From Pseudomonadota bacterium (GTDB taxonomy: Bacteria; Pseudomonadota; Gammaproteobacteria; Burkholderiales; Thiobacillaceae), in assembly GCA_049322515.1 (NCBI GenBank), contig JBMOQW010000012.1, forward strand, positions 204,023-268,022: 64,000 nt of DNA. The letters are read 5' to 3'. Positions 49,190 through 58,586 of this stretch are shown one piece after another; position 1 is the first letter of the stretch; each line of letters opens with the position of its first letter. The translations under genes were made by a program, and so were the position numbers. The notes under the pieces were generated by a model. It searched no databases and was not told the DNA's origin. It saw only the letters and a program-made list of their open reading frames with translations.

Positions 49190-50152
49190 ATGTTTGACGC
49201 CCTGGCGAACCTCGTCGTCTTCGACCTTGCCGGCCTGACGCCCGCCAGCCCGGCTGGCGCCGCCCTGCATTTCTTCGTGATGGACGTGGCGAAGATCCTG
49301 GTCCTCCTGACCACGGTGATCTACGTCATGGGCTGGCTACGTGCCCTGCTCACCCCGGAACGGGTGCGCGCCCTGATGAAAGGCCGTAGCGGGCCGGGTG
49401 CGCGCCTCACGGCGGTCGGCCTGGGTGCGGTGACGCCGTTCTGCTCCTGCTCGTCGATCCCGCTGTTCATCGGCTTCGTCGAGGCCGGCATCCCGCTCGG
49501 CGTGACCCTGTCGTTCCTGATTGCCAGCCCGATGGTCAACCAGGTCGCGGTGGTGGTCCTGGCCGGCGTGATCGGCTGGCAAATGACGCTGATCTACGTG
49601 CTCACCGGACTGACCATCGCCTTCCTCGGCGGCTATGTCCTGCAAGCCTTCAAGCTGGAGCGCTGGGTCGAGGCCTATGTCTGGCAGATTCGCATGGGCG
49701 AGGCCCAGAACGTCCAGCCGGACACCGCCCTGCGCGCGCGCCACGACTATGCCTGGAACGAAGTGCGCCAGATCGTCGGCCGGATCTGGAAATACGTGCT
49801 GATCGGGGTCGGCATCGGTGCCCTGATCCACGGCTACGTACCGGCCGACTTCGTCGCCCGCATCGCCGGCGACGGCTCGGTGCTCTCGGTGGTGGTCGCG
49901 GTGCTGGCCGGGGTGCCGATGTATTCCGACGCGGTGGGCGTCATCCCGGTCGCGGAAGCCCTGCTCGGCAAGGGCGTCCCGCTCGGCACCGTGCTCGCGT
50001 TCATGATGTCGGTGATCGCCCTGTCCCTGCCGGAAATGCTGATCCTGCGCAAGGTCGTGAAATGGCCCCTGCTCGGCCTGTTCGCGGGTTATCTCGCGCT
50101 CAGCTTCATCTTTGTCGGCGTCTTGTTCAATAGCTTGAGGAGCCTGTCATGA
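49190..50152 (+). CDS. arsP: ArsP-family permease (DUF318)
   Basis: TPFCSCSSIP, SFLIASP, GVPMY, LSLPE. Confidence 0.88.
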   Translation: MFDALANLVVFDLAGLTPASPAGAALHFFVMDVAKILVLLTTVIYVMGWLRALLTPERVRALMKGRSGPGARLTAVGLGAVTPFCSCSSIPLFIGFVEAGIPLGVTLSFLIASPMVNQVAVVVLAGVIGWQMTLIYVLTGLTIAFLGGYVLQAFKLERWVEAYVWQIRMGEAQNVQPDTALRARHDYAWNEVRQIVGRIWKYVLIGVGIGALIHGYVPADFVARIAGDGSVLSVVVAVLAGVPMYSDAVGVIPVAEALLGKGVPLGTVLAFMMSVIALSLPEMLILRKVVKWPLLGLFAGYLALSFIFVGVLFNSLRSLS

Positions 50153-50475
50153 GTGATCTCCATCCTTCCATCGTGGCCCTGGTGTCGCTGGCCGCCAACA
50201 TCGCCGCCAATCATCCGAAGCAGGGCCTCTGCCAGGTCGATCGCCTGAAAGGCTACGGCGTCAGCCCGGCCCAGATCGACACCGTGATCGAAATCGCCCG
50301 GCACATCCGCGACGAAGCCGCCCAGCAGCTCGATGCCAGTTTCGACGCCGCCTACGCCGAAGCCATGCAGCCGGCAAAACCGAAACTCAAGCCCGATCCG
50401 TTCGCCAACATCGCCGTGGTCGACACCGGCGGCGCCTGCTGCACGCCGACCAAGTCTGGCCAGTCCTGCTGTTGA
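50149..50475 (+). CDS. AhpD/CMD-like protein lacking CxxC, with C-terminal CC...CC tail
   Basis: LVSLAANIAANHPKQ..GVSPAQI..IEIA resembles the CMD fold; GACC..QSCC end. Confidence 0.65.
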   Translation: MSDLHPSIVALVSLAANIAANHPKQGLCQVDRLKGYGVSPAQIDTVIEIARHIRDEAAQQLDASFDAAYAEAMQPAKPKLKPDPFANIAVVDTGGACCTPTKSGQSCC

Positions 50476-50485
50476 GGCCATGGCC

Positions 50486-51286
50486 ATGTCCGCCAGCGAA
50501 CACGACCGCCTCCGGCAACAGGTCCGTGACGCCTACGGCGCCATCGCCCGCGCCGAAACCTGTGGCTGCGGCCCGAGCTGCTGCACGGCCTCGGAAAGCG
50601 ACGTCGCCGCCCTGCTCTCGCAGGGCCTCGGCTACAGTGCCGAAGACACGGCCGTCGTCCCCGAGGGCGCCAACCTCGGCCTCGGCTGCGGCAACCCGCA
50701 GGCCATCGCCGCCCTCCAGCCGGGCGAGACCGTGCTCGACCTCGGCAGTGGCGCCGGCTTCGACTGCTTCCTGGCTGCCCGCGCGGTCGGGGAAACCGGC
50801 CGGGTGATCGGCGTCGACATGACCCCTGACATGCTCTCCAAGGCGCGCATGAATGCCGTCAAGGGCGGCTACGCCAACGTCGATTTCCGCCTCGGCGAGA
50901 TCGAGCACCTGCCGGTGGCCGACGCCACGGTCGACGTGATCATTTCCAACTGCGTGGTCAACCTGTCGCCGGACAAGGCCCAGGTGTTCCGCGACGCCTG
51001 GCGGGTACTGAAGCCGGGTGGCCGGCTGGCCCTCTCGGACATCGTGCTGACCGCCGACCTGCCCCCCGAGATGCGTACCGAAGTCGCCCTCTACACTGGC
51101 TGCGTGGCCGGCGCCGTCGACGGGCCGACCTTGACCGCGCTGATCGCGGCGGCGGGTTTCACCGACATCCGCATCGCGCCCAAGGCCGCCAGCGCCGACT
51201 ACATCGCGCAATGGGCCCCCGGACGCGGCGTCGAACAGTACATCGCCTCGGCCCATATCGAGGCTGTCAAACCGGAGCAATCATGA
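50486..51286 (+). CDS. arsM: Arsenite S-adenosylmethyltransferase
   Basis: N-terminal CGCGPSCC, LGLGCGNP, LDLGSGAG, ISNCVVNL, GCVAGA. Confidence 0.92.
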   Translation: MSASEHDRLRQQVRDAYGAIARAETCGCGPSCCTASESDVAALLSQGLGYSAEDTAVVPEGANLGLGCGNPQAIAALQPGETVLDLGSGAGFDCFLAARAVGETGRVIGVDMTPDMLSKARMNAVKGGYANVDFRLGEIEHLPVADATVDVIISNCVVNLSPDKAQVFRDAWRVLKPGGRLALSDIVLTADLPPEMRTEVALYTGCVAGAVDGPTLTALIAAAGFTDIRIAPKAASADYIAQWAPGRGVEQYIASAHIEAVKPEQS

Positions 51287-51519
51287 AGCAGATCAAGGTC
51301 CTCGGCAGCGGCTGCCGCAACTGCGAAACCACCGCCAAGCTGATCCAGGAAGCCGCCGCCGCAAAGGGCGTGGCCATCGAACTGGAAAAGGTCACCGACA
51401 TGGCCGCCATCCTCGGCTACGGCGTCATGTCCACCCCCGGCGTGGTGGTGGATGGCCAGGTGGTGCACAGTGGCGGGGTGCCGGACAAGAAGAAAATCGA
51501 CGGCTGGCTTGCCGGGTAG
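51283..51519 (+). CDS. Small redox-active disulfide (thioredoxin-like) protein
   Basis: IKVLGSGCRNC, YGVMSTPG; common ArsP partner. Confidence 0.9.
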   Translation: MKQIKVLGSGCRNCETTAKLIQEAAAAKGVAIELEKVTDMAAILGYGVMSTPGVVVDGQVVHSGGVPDKKKIDGWLAG

Positions 51520-51591
51520 CCGCAGCGACCAGTGGCCTGACCCGAGTGCAGCCCGCCCCCGGGTGGACGCCCTGCGCCCCCCTGGCGCGAT

Positions 51592-52665
51592 CTATCCCGA
51601 GACCACCACCCCGGCCGGCCCTGCTTCCAGCGCGCCGATCACTGCCGCCTGGGCAAAACCGTGGCGACGGAAGATTGCCATGACCGCGTCCAGCGTATCG
51701 GCGGCACAGGCGACCAGGAGGCCGCCGCTGGTCTGCGGATCGGTCATCAGGGCCTGCTGCCAATCGGCGCAGCCCGCGAACAGCTCGACGCCGTGGCCGT
51801 AGCTGGCCCAGTTGCGGCCACTGGCGCCAGTGACGAAGCCGGCGCGGGCGAGGTCTGCGGCGCCGGCCAGGATCGGCAGGGCGTCGAACGTGATCCGGGC
51901 ACGCAGGCCGGAGCCGCGGGCGATCTCCAGGGTGTGTCCGAGCAGGCCGAAGCCGGTCACGTCGGTCATGGCATGCACGCCCTCCAGCTCGCCCAATTCG
52001 CTGCCCGGGGTATTGAGCTGGGTGGTGGAATCGATCATGGCCCGGTAGCCGACCTCGGTCAGGGCATCCTTCTTGAGCGCCGCGGAGTAGATGCCGACGC
52101 CCAGGCCCTTGCCCAGGATGAGCACGTCGCCAGCCTGGGCGGCACTGTTCTTCTTCACCTTGCGCGGGTCGACCACGCCGATCGCGACCAGGCCGTAGAT
52201 CGGCTCCTGGGCGTCGATCGAATGGCCGCCGGCGATCGGGATGCCGGCCGCGCGCGCGGCGGCCTCGCCGCCGGCGAGAATCCTGCGGATGATGTCGTGC
52301 GGCAGCGTGTCGATCGGCATGCCGACCAGGGCCAGGGCAAACAACGGCCGGCCGCCCATGGCGTAGACATCGGAGATGGCGTTGGTGGCGGCAATCCGAC
52401 CGAACTCGAACGGATCGTCGACGATCGGCATGAAGAAATCGGTGGTAGCGACGATGGCCTGGGTCTCGTTCAGCTGCCACACGGCCGCGTCGTCGGAGGA
52501 TTCGATGCCGACCAGCAGGTCGGGGTATTGGCGCATCAGCCCCTTGGAGAACGGCGTGTCGGCAAGGATTTTCTCCAGCACGGCGGGCGCGATCTTGCAG
52601 CCACAGCCGCCGCCGTGGGACAAGTGGGTGAGACGCAGGGGCGGGTTCAGAATCGGTTCGGACAT
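51592..52665 (-). CDS. selD: Selenide, water dikinase (Cys form)
   Basis: HGGGCGCK, TTDFF, NAISDVYAMGG, TDVTGFGL, DPQTSGGLL. Confidence 0.95.
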   Translation of the reverse strand: MSEPILNPPLRLTHLSHGGGCGCKIAPAVLEKILADTPFSKGLMRQYPDLLVGIESSDDAAVWQLNETQAIVATTDFFMPIVDDPFEFGRIAATNAISDVYAMGGRPLFALALVGMPIDTLPHDIIRRILAGGEAAARAAGIPIAGGHSIDAQEPIYGLVAIGVVDPRKVKKNSAAQAGDVLILGKGLGVGIYSAALKKDALTEVGYRAMIDSTTQLNTPGSELGELEGVHAMTDVTGFGLLGHTLEIARGSGLRARITFDALPILAGAADLARAGFVTGASGRNWASYGHGVELFAGCADWQQALMTDPQTSGGLLVACAADTLDAVMAIFRRHGFAQAAVIGALEAGPAGVVVSG

Positions 52666-52704
52666 CGGCGTGGTTCGGTCAAGAGAGAATCAAATCAGGA
52701 TAAC

Positions 52705-54162
52705 TCAGGTGGTCGCACGGGCGCGGACCAGGACCCACACCCAGCTGACCACCGCCAGGATCAGGAAAGCGGCATTGCCCCAACGGCTGTAGGGCGTCGC
52801 CCCGGTCATGCCCTGGGCTTCGCCATGCAGGGTGTCGGTGGTGAAGGGTTTCAGGCGGGCCACGGTATGGCCCCGCGCGTCGATGATCGCGGTCAGTCCG
52901 GTGTTGTTGGCCTTGAGCCACCAGCGGCCTGTCTCCAGGGCACGCATCTGGGCAATCTGATGGTGCTGCCAGGGCGCGAATGAATCCCCGAACCAGGCAT
53001 CGTTGCTGACGTTGACCATCAGGGTGGCCTCGGGCAGGGCGTGCAGCAGTTCCTCGCCGAACACATCCTCGTAGCAGATGTTCACGGCCAGGCGCTGGCC
53101 GGCCGCCACGATCGGCGCCTGGCCGGCCGCCCCTCGGCTGAAGTCGGACAGGGGAATCGCCATGGCGTCCACGAACCAGCGGAATCCGGGCGGCACGAAC
53201 TCGCCGAACGGCACCAGGTGCACCTTGCGATAGCGCTGGGTGTCCTCCGCGCCGAACGCGAACAGGCTGTTGTAGTAACGCTCGCCGGGGTCCCGCTCGG
53301 GCACCCCGACCAGCAGGTGGCCCTGGACGCGCGCGACGTGTGCGCGCAGTTCGGCCAGGTAGTCGGCCGGCACGTCCTGGTAGAGCAGCGGCCAGGCGGT
53401 TTCCGGCAGCACGACCAGGCGCGAATCGCTGTCCAAGACCGCCGTGCGGTAGGCGTCCAGGGTACTCCAGAGCACTTCCGGCTCGAACTTGACCGTCTGG
53501 GCAATATTGCCCTGGACCAGACTGACGCTGACCGGCGCGCCGGTCGGCTGGGTCCAGGCCTGGCCTGACAACGCCAGGCCGGCCGCCCACAGCACAGCCG
53601 CGCCAGCCAGCGGCAGGAAGCGCCTGGCCGCCAGGGCCCCGGCGGTGAACGCAGCCAACAGGGTGACACCATGCACGCCCAGGATCGGCGCATAGCCGGC
53701 GAGGGGTCCGTAGGGCGCCTGGGAATAGCCGAGCGCCTGCCAGGGAAAGCCGGTCAGCAGCCAGCTGCGCAGCCACTCCGCGCCGGCCCAGGCCACCGGC
53801 AGGAGCCACGCCACGCGCCAGGTCGAAGACACCGGCAGGCGCGCCGCCAGCCCGCCCGCCAGCCCGTAGAACAAAGCCAGGACACCGGCGAAGCCGAGGG
53901 TGAGTGCCGCCGCCGCAAGCACCGGCAAGCCGCCGACCTCGTGCATGCTGACATAGACCCAGGACACGCCGGCCCCGAACCAGCCCAGCCCGAACAGCCA
54001 GGCGCGCAATCCAGCCTCGTGCGGGGTGGCCTCGCGCAGGACATGAAACAGCCCGGCCAGGGCCAGGATCGGCAGGGGAAACAGATAGAAGGGCGCGAAG
54101 CCGAACACGCTGAGGCCGCCCAGCACGAGCGACGCAAAGCGCGGAATCAGGGAATGACGCAT
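52705..54162 (-). CDS. lnt: Apolipoprotein N-acyltransferase
   Basis: TGFPW, VQGNI, LPETA, KVHLVPFGE, ICYED, SNDAWF. Confidence 0.94.
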   Translation of the reverse strand: MRHSLIPRFASLVLGGLSVFGFAPFYLFPLPILALAGLFHVLREATPHEAGLRAWLFGLGWFGAGVSWVYVSMHEVGGLPVLAAAALTLGFAGVLALFYGLAGGLAARLPVSSTWRVAWLLPVAWAGAEWLRSWLLTGFPWQALGYSQAPYGPLAGYAPILGVHGVTLLAAFTAGALAARRFLPLAGAAVLWAAGLALSGQAWTQPTGAPVSVSLVQGNIAQTVKFEPEVLWSTLDAYRTAVLDSDSRLVVLPETAWPLLYQDVPADYLAELRAHVARVQGHLLVGVPERDPGERYYNSLFAFGAEDTQRYRKVHLVPFGEFVPPGFRWFVDAMAIPLSDFSRGAAGQAPIVAAGQRLAVNICYEDVFGEELLHALPEATLMVNVSNDAWFGDSFAPWQHHQIAQMRALETGRWWLKANNTGLTAIIDARGHTVARLKPFTTDTLHGEAQGMTGATPYSRWGNAAFLILAVVSWVWVLVRARATT

Positions 54163-54259
54163 GGCAGACCGAACCGGATTGGCATGGGCGGTCATCATGC
54201 CCGAGGAAGATGACGAAAACCAAGGCCCGCCGCGCCGAACCGGCGCGCGGGCCACGCGC

Positions 54260-54523
54260 TCAGTGACGGCGCGGGGCGGGCGCCGTCGACGAAGGTCCGC
54301 GCGGCTCCAGGTGACGGAAGGTGATGCGGCCCTTGCTCAGGTCGTAGGGCGACATTTCCAGCGAAACCTTGTCGCCGGCCAGGATGCGGATATGGTGTTT
54401 GCGCATCTTGCCGGAACTGTAGGCGACCAGGTTGTGGCCGTTTTCCAGGGTGACCATGTAACGCGAGTCGGGCAACACTTCGGTCACCACGCCGCTGAAT
54501 TCAAGTAGTTCTTCCTTGGCCAT
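54260..54523 (-). CDS. infA: Translation initiation factor IF-1 (second-copy type)
   Basis: [29 protein letters not shown]. Confidence 0.93.
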   Translation of the reverse strand: MAKEELLEFSGVVTEVLPDSRYMVTLENGHNLVAYSSGKMRKHHIRILAGDKVSLEMSPYDLSKGRITFRHLEPRGPSSTAPAPRRH

Positions 54524-54552
54524 GCCAGGTCTCCTAAGTTAATTCGGAAATG

Positions 54553-54581
54553 CAAAAAGCCCGGCACGGGCCGGGCTTTTC
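54553..54581 (-). terminator. Intrinsic terminator after csp
   Basis: AAAAAGCCCGGC-acgg-GCCGGGCTTTT. Confidence 0.75.
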
Positions 54582-54597
54582 TGGTCGGGACGAAGAC

Positions 54598-54804
54598 TCA
54601 ATCGGCCGAACGGATGTTGGAAGCCTGCTGACCCTTGGGGCCGGTGGTCACGTCGAACGTGACACGCTGGCCTTCCTTGAGGGTCTTGAAGCCCTGGCCC
54701 TGAATGGCGGAGAAATGCGCGAACAGGTCGTCGCCACCGCCTTCGGGGGAGATGAAGCCAAAGCCCTTGGAATCGTTGAACCACTTCACGGTACCGGAAG
54801 CCAT
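54598..54804 (-). CDS. Cold-shock protein (CspA family)
   Basis: [21 protein letters not shown]. Confidence 0.96.
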   Translation of the reverse strand: MASGTVKWFNDSKGFGFISPEGGGDDLFAHFSAIQGQGFKTLKEGQRVTFDVTTGPKGQQASNIRSAD

Positions 54805-55099
54805 AATTTTGATCCTTAAAAAATATTAAATTTGGGGCATGCCCCAGGGGGATCGAGGATCAAGACGGCGGGGGTGTGAAGACAGGACACCGCGAAAACG
54901 GTACTTACGCCAAACAACAACTGCACTACTTGAACATCGAACGGGCCGGACTGTGAACTGGAACGGCGGTAAAAGCAAACGATATTTTTGCAAGGGCCCC
55001 GGATGCACCGGCTTGGTGCACAAATTTTCAGCATGTCAAGCTTTCCCCGGCCCGGTCTCGGGAGTAGAATTCGCCCCCCTTTCCGTACTCTCTCCCGGC

Positions 55100-56125
55100 A
55101 TGCGCATCGGCCCCCACACCCTCCGGAACAATCTGGTCGTCGCTCCCATGGCGGGCGTCACCGACCGGCCGTTTCGCCAGTTGTGCAAGCGCCTCGGTGC
55201 GGGCATGGCGGTGTCCGAGATGGTGACCTCGAACTCGCTGCTGTACGGCTCGGCCAAGACCCAGCGGCGGGCCAATCACGAGGGCGAGGTCGCGCCGATC
55301 AGCGTGCAGATCGCCGGCGCCGATCCGGCCATGCTGGCCCAGGCGGCACGCTACAACGTCGACCGCGGCGCCCAGATCATCGACATCAACATGGGCTGCC
55401 CGGCCAAGAAGGTGTGCAACGTCATGGCCGGCTCGGCCCTGCTCAAGGACGAGCCGCTGGTCGGCCGCCTCCTCGAGGCGGTGGTCAAGGCGGTGCCCGA
55501 GGTGCCGGTCACCCTGAAGACCCGCACCGGTTGGGACAAGGACAGCCGCAACACCCTGCGCGTCCTGAAGATCGCCGAGGACGCCGGCATCCAGGCCCTG
55601 GCCCTGCATGGCCGCACCCGCGCCTGCGGCTACAGTGGCGAAGCCGAGTACGACACCATCAGGGCGGTCAAGGCGGAAGCACGCATCCCGATCATCGCCA
55701 ACGGCGACATCACCACGCCCGAGAAGGCCAAGCAGGTACTCGACTACACCGGCGCCGATGGCGTCATGATCGGTCGCGCGGCCATGGGCCGGCCCTGGCT
55801 GTTCCGCGAGATCGCCCATTTCCTGGCCACCGGCGAACACCTGCCGGCGCCCGAGGTGACCGAGATCCACCAAATCCTTCTGGAACACCTGGACGACCTG
55901 TACCGCTTCTACGGCGAGCTCACTGGCATGCGCATGGCGCGCAAGCACATCGCCTGGTACACCAAGGGCCTGGCCGACTCAGCCGGGTTCCGTCATGCCA
56001 TGAACCAGCTGGAAAGCACACGAGAACAACTGGCGGCGACGAACGCCTTCTTCACCCGCGCGGCGGAACGCAGCCGCCGGCTCGAATACCTGGACGAGAC
56101 ACTATTGGACCGGCAGGCTGCCTGA
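55100..56125 (+). CDS. dusB: tRNA-dihydrouridine synthase B
   Basis: APMAGVTD, DINMGCP, HGRTR, IANGDI; upstream of fis. Confidence 0.95.
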   Translation: MRIGPHTLRNNLVVAPMAGVTDRPFRQLCKRLGAGMAVSEMVTSNSLLYGSAKTQRRANHEGEVAPISVQIAGADPAMLAQAARYNVDRGAQIIDINMGCPAKKVCNVMAGSALLKDEPLVGRLLEAVVKAVPEVPVTLKTRTGWDKDSRNTLRVLKIAEDAGIQALALHGRTRACGYSGEAEYDTIRAVKAEARIPIIANGDITTPEKAKQVLDYTGADGVMIGRAAMGRPWLFREIAHFLATGEHLPAPEVTEIHQILLEHLDDLYRFYGELTGMRMARKHIAWYTKGLADSAGFRHAMNQLESTREQLAATNAFFTRAAERSRRLEYLDETLLDRQAA

Positions 56126-56160
56126 GCCACACGGTCCGCACAGCAAAGGGGAATAACAAG

Positions 56161-56403
56161 ATGTCGGCGGTGGATGAAAATGAACTGAGCGCTTGTGTGC
56201 GCAAGGTGATGACCCAGTATTACAAGGACCTCGACGGCGAGACCGCTGCCAACATCTATGACATGGTGATCCACTGTGTCGAGAAACCGCTGATCCAGGT
56301 GGTCATGAACAAGGCCGGCAACAACCAGAGCCGCGCCGCCGAAATGCTCGGCATCAACCGCAACACCCTGCGCAAGAAGATGTTGCAGCATGGCATCAAG
56401 TAA
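56161..56403 (+). CDS. fis: DNA-binding protein Fis
   Basis: [25 protein letters not shown]. Confidence 0.94.
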   Translation: MSAVDENELSACVRKVMTQYYKDLDGETAANIYDMVIHCVEKPLIQVVMNKAGNNQSRAAEMLGINRNTLRKKMLQHGIK

Positions 56404-56409
56404 CTTGGG

Positions 56410-56484
56410 GGAAACGAGAAACGCCACCCCGCCCCATTCGCACGTTTCCCGTTTCCCGTTTCCCGTTTCCCATTTCCCGTTTCC
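56410..56484. repeat. Heptamer tandem repeat (CGTTTCC)x6 with inverted GGAAACG copies upstream
   Basis: Six units at 56443-56484 (one is CATTTCC); GGAAACG-AGAAACG at 56410-56423. Confidence 0.9.
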
Positions 56485-56501
56485 CGCCTCTCCATAACAC
56501 C

Positions 56502-58055
56502 ATGATCAAACGCGCCCTGCTTTCCGTATCCGACAAGACCGGCCTGCTCGACTTCGCCCGCGCCCTGCATGAGGCCGGCGTGGAAATGCTGTCCACCGGC
56601 GGCACCGCCAAGGCCCTCCGCGACGCCGGCCTGCCGGTGATCGACGTGTCCGACCACACTGGCTTTCCGGAAATGCTCGACGGCCGGGTCAAGACCCTGC
56701 ACCCGAAGGTGCATGGGGGCATCCTCGGTCGGCGCGACCTGCCCGAACATGTCGCCACCATGCAGCAGCACGGCATCGGCACCATCGACCTGGTGTGCGT
56801 GAACCTGTACCCGTTCGTGCAGACCGTGTCCAAGCCCGGCTGCACCCTGGAAGACGCCATCGAGAACATCGACATCGGCGGCCCGGCCATGGTGCGTTCC
56901 TCGGCCAAGAACCACGCCTTCGTCACCATCGTCACCGACCCGGCCGACTACGCGAAGGTCATCGACGAGATGAAGGCCCACGGCGGCGCCGTCACCGACC
57001 AGACCCGCTTCTCGCTGGCCATCAAGGCCTTCGAACACACCGCCGCCTACGACGGCGCCATTGCCAACCACTTCGGCAAGCTGGTCGAGGAATCCGAATT
57101 CCCGCGCACCGTGAACCTGCAATTCGTCAAGGCCCAGGGCATGCGCTACGGCGAGAACCCGCACCAGAACGCCGCCTTCTATGTCGAAGCCGGCGCCAAG
57201 GAAGCGTCCATCGCCACCGCGAAGCAGCTGCAGGGCAAGGAACTCAGCTACAACAACATCGGTGACGCCGACGCCGCGCTGGAATGCGTGAAGCAGTTCG
57301 ACGCCGCCCCGGCCTGCGTCATCGTCAAGCACGCCAACCCCTGCGGCGTGGCCTACGGCAAGAACCTGCTGGAGGCCTACGACCGCGCCTACCGGACTGA
57401 CCCCGAGTCGGCCTTCGGCGGCATCATCGCCTTCAACGGCGAACTCGACGCCGAGACCATGAAGACCATCGTCGAGCGCCAGTTCGTCGAGGTCATCATC
57501 GCCCCCAAGGTCAGCGCCGCTGCCGTGGACATCGCCGCCGCCAAGAAGAACGTGCGCGTGCTGGAATGCGGCCAGTGGCCCGCAGCTCCGGGCCAGCGTC
57601 TGGACTTCAAGCGGGTCAACGGCGGTTTGTTGGTGCAGGAAGCCGACCTGGCCCTGACCCACGAGATCAAGGTGGTGACCAAGCGCGCCCCGACCGAAGC
57701 AGAAATGCGCGACCTCTTGTTCGCCTGGCGCGTCGCCAAGTACGTCAAGTCGAATGCCATCGTCTACGCCAAGGAGCAGATGACCATCGGCGTCGGCGCC
57801 GGCCAGATGAGCCGGGTCAACTCCGCCCGCATCGCCGCCATCAAGGCCGAACATGCCGGCCTTGTGGTGCCCGGCTCGGTGATGGCCTCGGACGCCTTCT
57901 TCCCGTTCCGCGACGGCATCGACAACGCCGCCCAGGCCGGCATCCAGGCGGTGATCCAGCCGGGCGGCTCGATGCGCGACGAGGAAGTCATCGCCGCCGC
58001 CGACGAGCACGGCATGGCCATGGTGTTCACCGGCATGCGGCATTTCCGGCACTGA
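56502..58055 (+). CDS. purH: Bifunctional AICAR transformylase/IMP cyclohydrolase
   Basis: [40 protein letters not shown]. Confidence 0.97.
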   Translation: MIKRALLSVSDKTGLLDFARALHEAGVEMLSTGGTAKALRDAGLPVIDVSDHTGFPEMLDGRVKTLHPKVHGGILGRRDLPEHVATMQQHGIGTIDLVCVNLYPFVQTVSKPGCTLEDAIENIDIGGPAMVRSSAKNHAFVTIVTDPADYAKVIDEMKAHGGAVTDQTRFSLAIKAFEHTAAYDGAIANHFGKLVEESEFPRTVNLQFVKAQGMRYGENPHQNAAFYVEAGAKEASIATAKQLQGKELSYNNIGDADAALECVKQFDAAPACVIVKHANPCGVAYGKNLLEAYDRAYRTDPESAFGGIIAFNGELDAETMKTIVERQFVEVIIAPKVSAAAVDIAAAKKNVRVLECGQWPAAPGQRLDFKRVNGGLLVQEADLALTHEIKVVTKRAPTEAEMRDLLFAWRVAKYVKSNAIVYAKEQMTIGVGAGQMSRVNSARIAAIKAEHAGLVVPGSVMASDAFFPFRDGIDNAAQAGIQAVIQPGGSMRDEEVIAAADEHGMAMVFTGMRHFRH

Positions 58056-58058
58056 TCG

Positions 58059-58586
58059 ATGTCGCTGCCCGTCGCCGCCGAGGTGCAGGATCGCATCGTC
58101 TTCATCCGCCATCAGCGGGTGATGCTGAGCAGCGATCTGGCGACGTTGTACGGCGTCGAACCCAAGGTGTTGATGCAGGCCGTCAAGCGCAATATCGAGC
58201 GCTTCCCGGACGACTTCATGTTCCAGCTCAGCAAGCCCGAGTGGATCGACTTGAAGTCACAAATTGTGACTTCAAGTTGGGGCGGCGCCCGCGTCCCGCC
58301 CTATGCCTTCACCGAGCAAGGCGTGGCCATGCTGTCCAGCGTGCTGCGCAGTCCCCGCGCCGTTCAGGTCAACATCGAAATCATGCGCGCCTTCGTTCGC
58401 CTGCGCCGCATGCTGACGGAAAATCGGGCCCTGGCCGAACGCCTGGATCAGCTCGAACAACAATACGACGAACAATTCAAAGTGGTCTTCGACGCCTTGC
58501 GGCAACTGATGCGCCCGCCCGAAAAGCCCGGGCGACCCATTGGTTTCATCGCCGCAGCCACAGCGAAGAAAGGGAAACAGTCATGA
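58059..58586 (+). CDS. ORF6N-domain DNA-binding protein
   Basis: [47 protein letters not shown]. Confidence 0.9.
   Translation: MSLPVAAEVQDRIVFIRHQRVMLSSDLATLYGVEPKVLMQAVKRNIERFPDDFMFQLSKPEWIDLKSQIVTSSWGGARVPPYAFTEQGVAMLSSVLRSPRAVQVNIEIMRAFVRLRRMLTENRALAERLDQLEQQYDEQFKVVFDALRQLMRPPEKPGRPIGFIAAATAKKGKQS

Noticed and set aside
50470-50530. Selenocysteine read-through of the TGA after CC (prompted by the nearby selD)
   Set aside because: No convincing SECIS hairpin, the read-through peptide is not protein-like, and arsM starts immediately after
56443-56484. CRISPR array
   Set aside because: 7-nt tandem units without spacers and no cas genes
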